A stretch of DNA of 64,000 nucleotides from Leidyana gryllorum EB-2025a (lineage: Eukaryota; Protista; Apicomplexa). Positions within the stretch are counted from its first letter, which is position 1. The number at the start of each line of letters is the position of its first letter. The position numbers and the translations under genes are program-made. The notes under the pieces were generated by a model. That model was not told the origin of the DNA, ran no database searches, and was given only the letters and a program-made list of their open reading frames with translations. The stretch is taken from positions 124,001 through 188,000 of the forward strand of contig JBLWGC010000173.1 of the NCBI GenBank assembly GCA_048772705.1, given 5' to 3'. Positions 58,620 through 64,000 of the stretch are shown one piece after another.

Positions 58620-61600
58620 TCATAGTTGAGATGTACTGCGGATCCGCAGCAGGTTACGTAGTTTGTCCCTCTTGCGGGCAGCCGCCTTGTCAACAGTGGA
58701 CGCCTTGGTGTCATCACTCAGTTCAGCGGATGTCGAAGCGGACTCCATAAGGAGACCCGACTGCGTTGCGCGCTTCCAGAGTTCTGGTTGTTGGAAATCA
58801 GACGAACACAGGGAATTCAGAAGGGTATTGGGTGCATCATCAGTGCCCATATCCACTCCTCCAGGTGGGAAGCCGATCTCAGTCTCCTTGATGCATCTAT
58901 CATCCCCCCAGACTGGACTCCGCTGTGCCGCAATGGCCCGTCGACTCAACCGCTTGCTCTCGCTCATGGTACACACACTCAGGACATGTCTCTACAGGGG
59001 TGCACTCTCAAATGCTCGGGCAGCCAATTTTTGCACACACACCAAAAAGGTTGGAGCAGCTGTCTCACAGAATCTCTTCTCGGCTCGCCAGAGCGCTCCG
59101 ATAGACCAGCGGAATGTAACGTTCTACTAACACATACCCCTTCAACAAAATCGATTCCTCACCTTTTGCTCTCAACAGCCGCCGTGTATCGGCTTCCAAC
59201 ACAATGAACGGTATCAATCGCTCCAACTCGTTCTGCATATCCAAGATCCTCTGTGCTTTCGTCAAACTGTTGGTCCGTGTGATAGCAAAACTCGACATCG
59301 ATGCCACCGAAGCACTCTTTCCCAGTCGAGCTTGGGAAGCCATCGCCTTCTCCGACAACGCCGTCGCAATAGTCTCCTCATCAAACAACCGCCTCACATA
59401 CTCTCGTACCTTTAACTGCATGTCTATCCGATCAAAAATCAACTCGCGCTCCCGATCGCGCCAAACGTCCAGTCTGCAGCAAAGCCAGCGTTATGACACA
59501 CACGGAGACGGAGACACAGAATAACACACACACACACACACGGAGACGGAGACGCACACCGTGGGGTGTGTCGCGATGGCGCGCACACCGTGGCCGGCCG
59601 ACAAGCATAAGTCCTTTCATCTTTGTGAATTATGGTGACTTACTCTGCAATTATCACACGGTAAAGGCACCGTATATGGCGGCACAAGGGAAGTATCTTG
59701 CCCTGGAGTCTCAAGAATTCTGTGACATGGAACGACTGAGCATTCAGCAATCATCATTATTGATAGACGTACGATAGGTGAGAGGAGGTAAAGCGGTCCA
59801 CGCGATCAGCATACAGATCGCTAAGCCCCAGAGACCTGTAAATCGGCCATCGCCACCGCGTCCTTTTGTTGCGAGAATGAAGGTCCATCCCAGCAAGCCG
59901 CACAGCACCATACAAATGGGCATCAATATAATGGTCCAGATAATCTTGTAACTCGCCACGACATCGAGGCCTGAGATCTTCACTGTGCTTTTGGCGGTGG
60001 CTGCCTGCCGGTGGCGCTCAGACATGTAGTTCATCAATAACTTGAAAGGTCCCCAGATGATCATGGGAGGGCAGGTGACTATCAAAATACAGAGCAATAG
60101 TACCACCTTTTCGAGCATCGACACAAAAGCCCGCTCTGCGGTCTGCTTGAGTTGCCACACCTCTCCATCGGGAATGCCATTGGCTTCCAATTGACTGTCT
60201 GCAGAATTGAGGGAGGGGCATTGCAACGTCCGATGGCGCCCGCCGGTCAGCACTCACTGTACCCCAGGATATCCTCCTTTAGTTTCTGAGACGAGGGGTC
60301 CTCACTGAATGTGTTAAGAATTTGATTGAACCTGCGATCGGCAATCAAATGCGCTCTTTCGGGCTGCGCTCACAATTGATACAGTTGATAGCTTCGTTCG
60401 GAGGACATATTCATCCGCTCTGGGGGATAGAGACTGGCACAGAGTTCAACGACTTTGATGGTCTCAAAGTCTGGAGCTGTTATGACACAGTCCGTCAGAG
60501 CGTCTTTGACATTCTTCATCAGTAGATCAACTGCCTCTCTTCGCTGATTGTTGGCATACATTTCGACCTGAGAGCCGAGTGTTTTCCGCCGCCCCCAACC
60601 AAAATCAGTAGTCGCTTACCAAATCTTGAGGTACGGGTAACGGTTGGCCGATTTCCAGGACAGCGCGAGACCCAAATTTGTGGCGAGCGTAATAGTGCAG
60701 CCCGAATGGGACAATGAGGACATCCTCAACTCCCATGACGGCAGTGTTTAACGCCATTATAGCTACTCCCGGCTTCAGCGGCAAAAGCCCTGGACGATCG
60801 TGCGACCCGCCCTGGAAGTGGAATGAGAGCGATAACGATCGCCAGCGGGGACGCAGCGGTGGCCTCTCCCCCTTTCTGGTTTTACCTCTGGGAAGATACA
60901 AATAGAGTGACCTTCATAGAGAGCAGTTGAGACAGTCTCGTATATGTCTCCCTGATCCACCTTTGGAAGGACGGTGAAACCCCAGCGTCCTTTGGCCTCG
61001 ATGGGAGGTGAAATGGTGCCACCTTGGGCGGTGAGCTCATTCTTGACCGTTCTCTGAGGAGTCTCAGGTGTAGTGTCAGTGCTCAAAGTCCGTACGGCCG
61101 TATTGGCAGGAACAGATCGAAAGATGGGCTCCTCGACCACCAAATGGTTGTTGTCTATTATCTCCAACACAGTGACAGCTTTGGGGAACTCCTTTATCTG
61201 CAGCTCGACAGAGGGCCGGCCTCGTTTCGGCCGAGACGTTTTGCGGCTCACCTTTATGCGGTCGCCAACTTTACAGTCAATTGGGAAGCGAGTCTGGGCG
61301 TCACCTATGATCACCGAGAACTCCTCCGCATTACGTCGGCCCAGAGGGTCGGCCCGGCTGACACTGGCACGGCGTTTCAGAAAGGCGCTGTTTGGCTGCC
61401 ACTTCGAATACGCGACCACGTCAACGATTCTCCCGAGACCCGGATACTGCATGTCCTGCGGCCGACTCACCGCGATGGCACCGTTCATTCGCGCCAGCGT
61501 GCCGACCACTCTCAAACTCATCGACTATTAACATCGATATCGGGCACTGTGGTTACGCGAATGGGATACTTACAACACTCGCAATTAGGAAGCGAATGGA

Positions 61601-61932
61601 CCGTGGTATGAGGGCCATGACAATCTATAACAAGTGTCTCTCGCCGCCGCACCACACTTACGGTGGCATCTACGAACTGGTTTCGGTGATTCCCAACCAG
61701 AATGACCTGAGAACGGGAGTGAGATTGCCGTCGGAGACCAGACAGTTTATGGCTTACGGGTCCATGGACCGGAAGCCGTTCTAGTCCGAGCACAGTCACT
61801 TCCTTGAAGAAGGAGTGCACAATTCCTCTGTGTGACAATCATACGCGTTTCCACACACAAGTCGCGCCCTCACTTTGCAATCCACCGTGTAAGCCACATG
61901 GTCACCGCCCTCAAATTTCCATATCCAGACAT
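58620..61932 (-). CDS. Glycerol-3-phosphate/DHAP acyltransferase (Gpt2/Sct1-type), multi-exon
   Basis: VILVGNHRNQFVDA (motif I, HxxxxD), ICIFPE|GGSHDRPGLLPLKPGVA (motif III), IVPFGLHY..HKFGSRAVLEIG, TAPDF, STVKISGLDVVASYK, followed by TM helices. Confidence 0.9.
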
Positions 61933-61996
61933 TCTGCACCTTTTCCCAGCAAACACCCCAGAGGAGGAGAAGAGGTGTCTGTCTACCCTGCCCAGT

Positions 61997-62392
61997 ATGT
62001 ATCTGCTGAACCTCCTTCTATTACCCCTATTGTACGTGCTGGCTGATAGCACTGAACGAGAACCACCGTACCGAGTCAACCCACTGCAGCATTTTCTAGC
62101 CCGAGACCGGAACCTCGCTCCTGCTTCATCAAGTCGGAACGATTTTGACCCTTTCCAGCCGCCAGAGCTCGAAGGCGCGAGACAGAAATTGACCAGCGGC
62201 TCAGACTCCGATGAGGAGGGCCCAGACTTTTGGGACGTAGTCGCCTGGTTAGGAACGCAGTTAGGCAAGGCCATTAGAGTGTTGTTCAACGGCCTCTGCC
62301 GACTCGCCAAAGCCGTCTATGTGGGCGTCGTCTACGGCTGGCACGAAGCGGGAGACTCCGCTGCAGAAGCCGCCAAGACACTCCGCCTCTGA
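61997..62392 (+). CDS. Small hypothetical protein with signal peptide and C-terminal amphipathic helix
   Basis: MYLLNLLLLPLLYVLA leader; FWDVVAWLGTQLGKAIRVLFNGLCRLAKAVYVGVVYGW. Confidence 0.55.
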   Translation: MYLLNLLLLPLLYVLADSTEREPPYRVNPLQHFLARDRNLAPASSSRNDFDPFQPPELEGARQKLTSGSDSDEEGPDFWDVVAWLGTQLGKAIRVLFNGLCRLAKAVYVGVVYGWHEAGDSAAEAAKTLRL

Positions 62393-62505
62393 TGAGCTTT
62401 GTTCATGCATATGACAAAGAGGTGCAGCAGGTCCCACCACGACCGCCAACCGAATCGCACACCCAAAAAGCCACCGTTCAATCGATAATTGCAAACAAGA
62501 GATCT

Positions 62506-64000
62506 TCACAGAATGTGCTTCTTCTCCATGTCCTTCATCCGCTTGAAGAGGCAGAACCCAATCCCCAGGAACTGACCATAGTAGATAATCGATATCACAC
62601 CATCGGCTTTAAAAACGAAAACACTCACCAGTGCGCCCAATGCAAGCATTAGATGAAGAGCCCGTCTTTCGGACTGCAGAACGCTGGAGTGTAACTCGGC
62701 AGCACTCTGCTTTAATTCTTCGACATTATGATCGGCCAACTTGCCGTGTCTGCCATAGCACACACGTGTGTGTCATTCTGTGGAGACACTCGAGACTTAC
62801 AATTCTTCCAGTTTGTCAGAGTTGTCTTTGCTAGACTTGAAGACAAGACTCTGGATTTGGTCGAGCGCCTCTCGTAGTCTTTCTTCGTTAGCTCCACGTG
62901 TCAAATAAGTGTGCAACACGTCCAGCCGATCAGTCAAGACTCTGTTGTGCTGTTGCAAGCGACTGATCTCTGCCAACAAGTGATCTTGTCGGGGAATCAT
63001 ATGCTTCAACATGGCCTCGGAGAGAATGCGAATCTGAGTGTTCGGCTCAAGAGTGTCGTCATACACGATGTGCTCCAAAATTGACTGCGCAGGATTGAAA
63101 GTGGCAGCTTTCTGCAATTTGGCCGGGTGTCATCTTTAGGGTCTTTTCGCTTGTTTGGCTTACCCAATACAGATCCTCGCTAGTGACTTCAAAACGGTTC
63201 ACCAATATGCGATCACCGTAGTTGGTGCCACTTTGAATCTGAGTACACACGAATTTCGAGTGATGAGTGCGGGGAGTGAGGTTGCTCACCGAAGTTTCTC
63301 CCTTGGCGATGCGGGTGTTGGATGCTGTGATACCCAGGAATGCAGGTTGCGGCAGAGTGCGGTTTTCGTCGAGTTTGATCTGAAAATATTCGGTGTACAG
63401 CCAGTCAGCCAGTGACGTTCCTGGATGCTTACGTGGTAGGCAAGTCGCCACTCCTTGTCAGCTGGGGATTTAACGGATGCCTTGACGAATTCCGGAGTAA
63501 CTACAATATGAACTTGCATGGCTCCACGACCATTCCGGTAATTATAATAGATTCCATCAGAGGAAGGGACCTCCTTCGTAATGTCAAGAGAGCGTGTTCC
63601 GTTGTTAACGGCGGCGGAAATACTGGGCCGCACGTTGTTTGCGCGGTCGTTGGTGGAGAAGAACATGCCTAAGCCGGTATACCACGGCTTGTAATTGAAT
63701 AAGTTCCAGACGTCACCATGGGGGGGACGAAGGAACACACCGTAGTCTCGTTCGTCGACGAGCCATAGGGCGAAGCCATCACTGGTTCGGGCCTCAGGCG
63801 GTCCACGCACGTCAATGTCCATGTCAATTTCAAAAGTATCGCTGTGAATGGGAAGGTGATGCCACGCGGAGCCCTGATGCCCTGTCTGCTCGTCAATCAA
63901 AAGGAGTCCAGCGGGGGTGAACTGCGAACTACCTCCCAAGACCCAGTTGGAGAGGTGCGCATCTGCACACAAGGCCGTGCGTGACCACCTATGTTGCGAG
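62506..64000 (-). CDS. ERGIC-53/VIP36-like L-type lectin (5' end outside the window), multi-exon
   Basis: NWVLGGS, QGSAW...FEIDMDIDV...DGFALW, GLGMFF, AFLGITAS, coiled-coil stalk, C-terminal TM and KKHIL tail. Confidence 0.85.

Overview
This is gene-dense eukaryotic DNA with many short GT-AG introns (mostly about 45-100 nt). An IMC sub-compartment (ISP) gene, an oocyst-wall-like Cys-repeat protein and a probable ApiAP2 factor identify it as apicomplexan. Its extreme compaction suggests a gregarine or other early-branching lineage (inference). About 29 protein-coding genes can be traced, including RFC3, ZC3H15, glutathione reductase, an ENT transporter, UTP11, glycine-cleavage H protein, an Eps15-like EH protein, ubiquilin, ornithine aminotransferase, a GT34-like glycosyltransferase, a CBM20 protein, a USP, an ankyrin protein, a FUSC/ArAE-like transporter, a UBR N-recognin E3, GPAT and an ERGIC-53-like lectin. 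Four observations stand out. (1) An intronless, bacterial/Trypanosoma-type Cys/Cys proline racemase sits among spliced genes and is a candidate horizontal transfer. (2) A tandem pair of intronless acidic orphan genes carries 8 copies of an RxNA motif that resembles a kinase pseudosubstrate. (3) Intergenic spacers are near zero, with divergent ATGs 13-64 bp apart and two tail-to-tail CDS overlaps. (4) A CACAC(G/A)TGTG-type palindrome recurs inside short introns. I recognised no rRNA, tRNA, CRISPR array or transposon. Multi-exon CDS coordinates are outer bounds read by eye, and no database searches were run.
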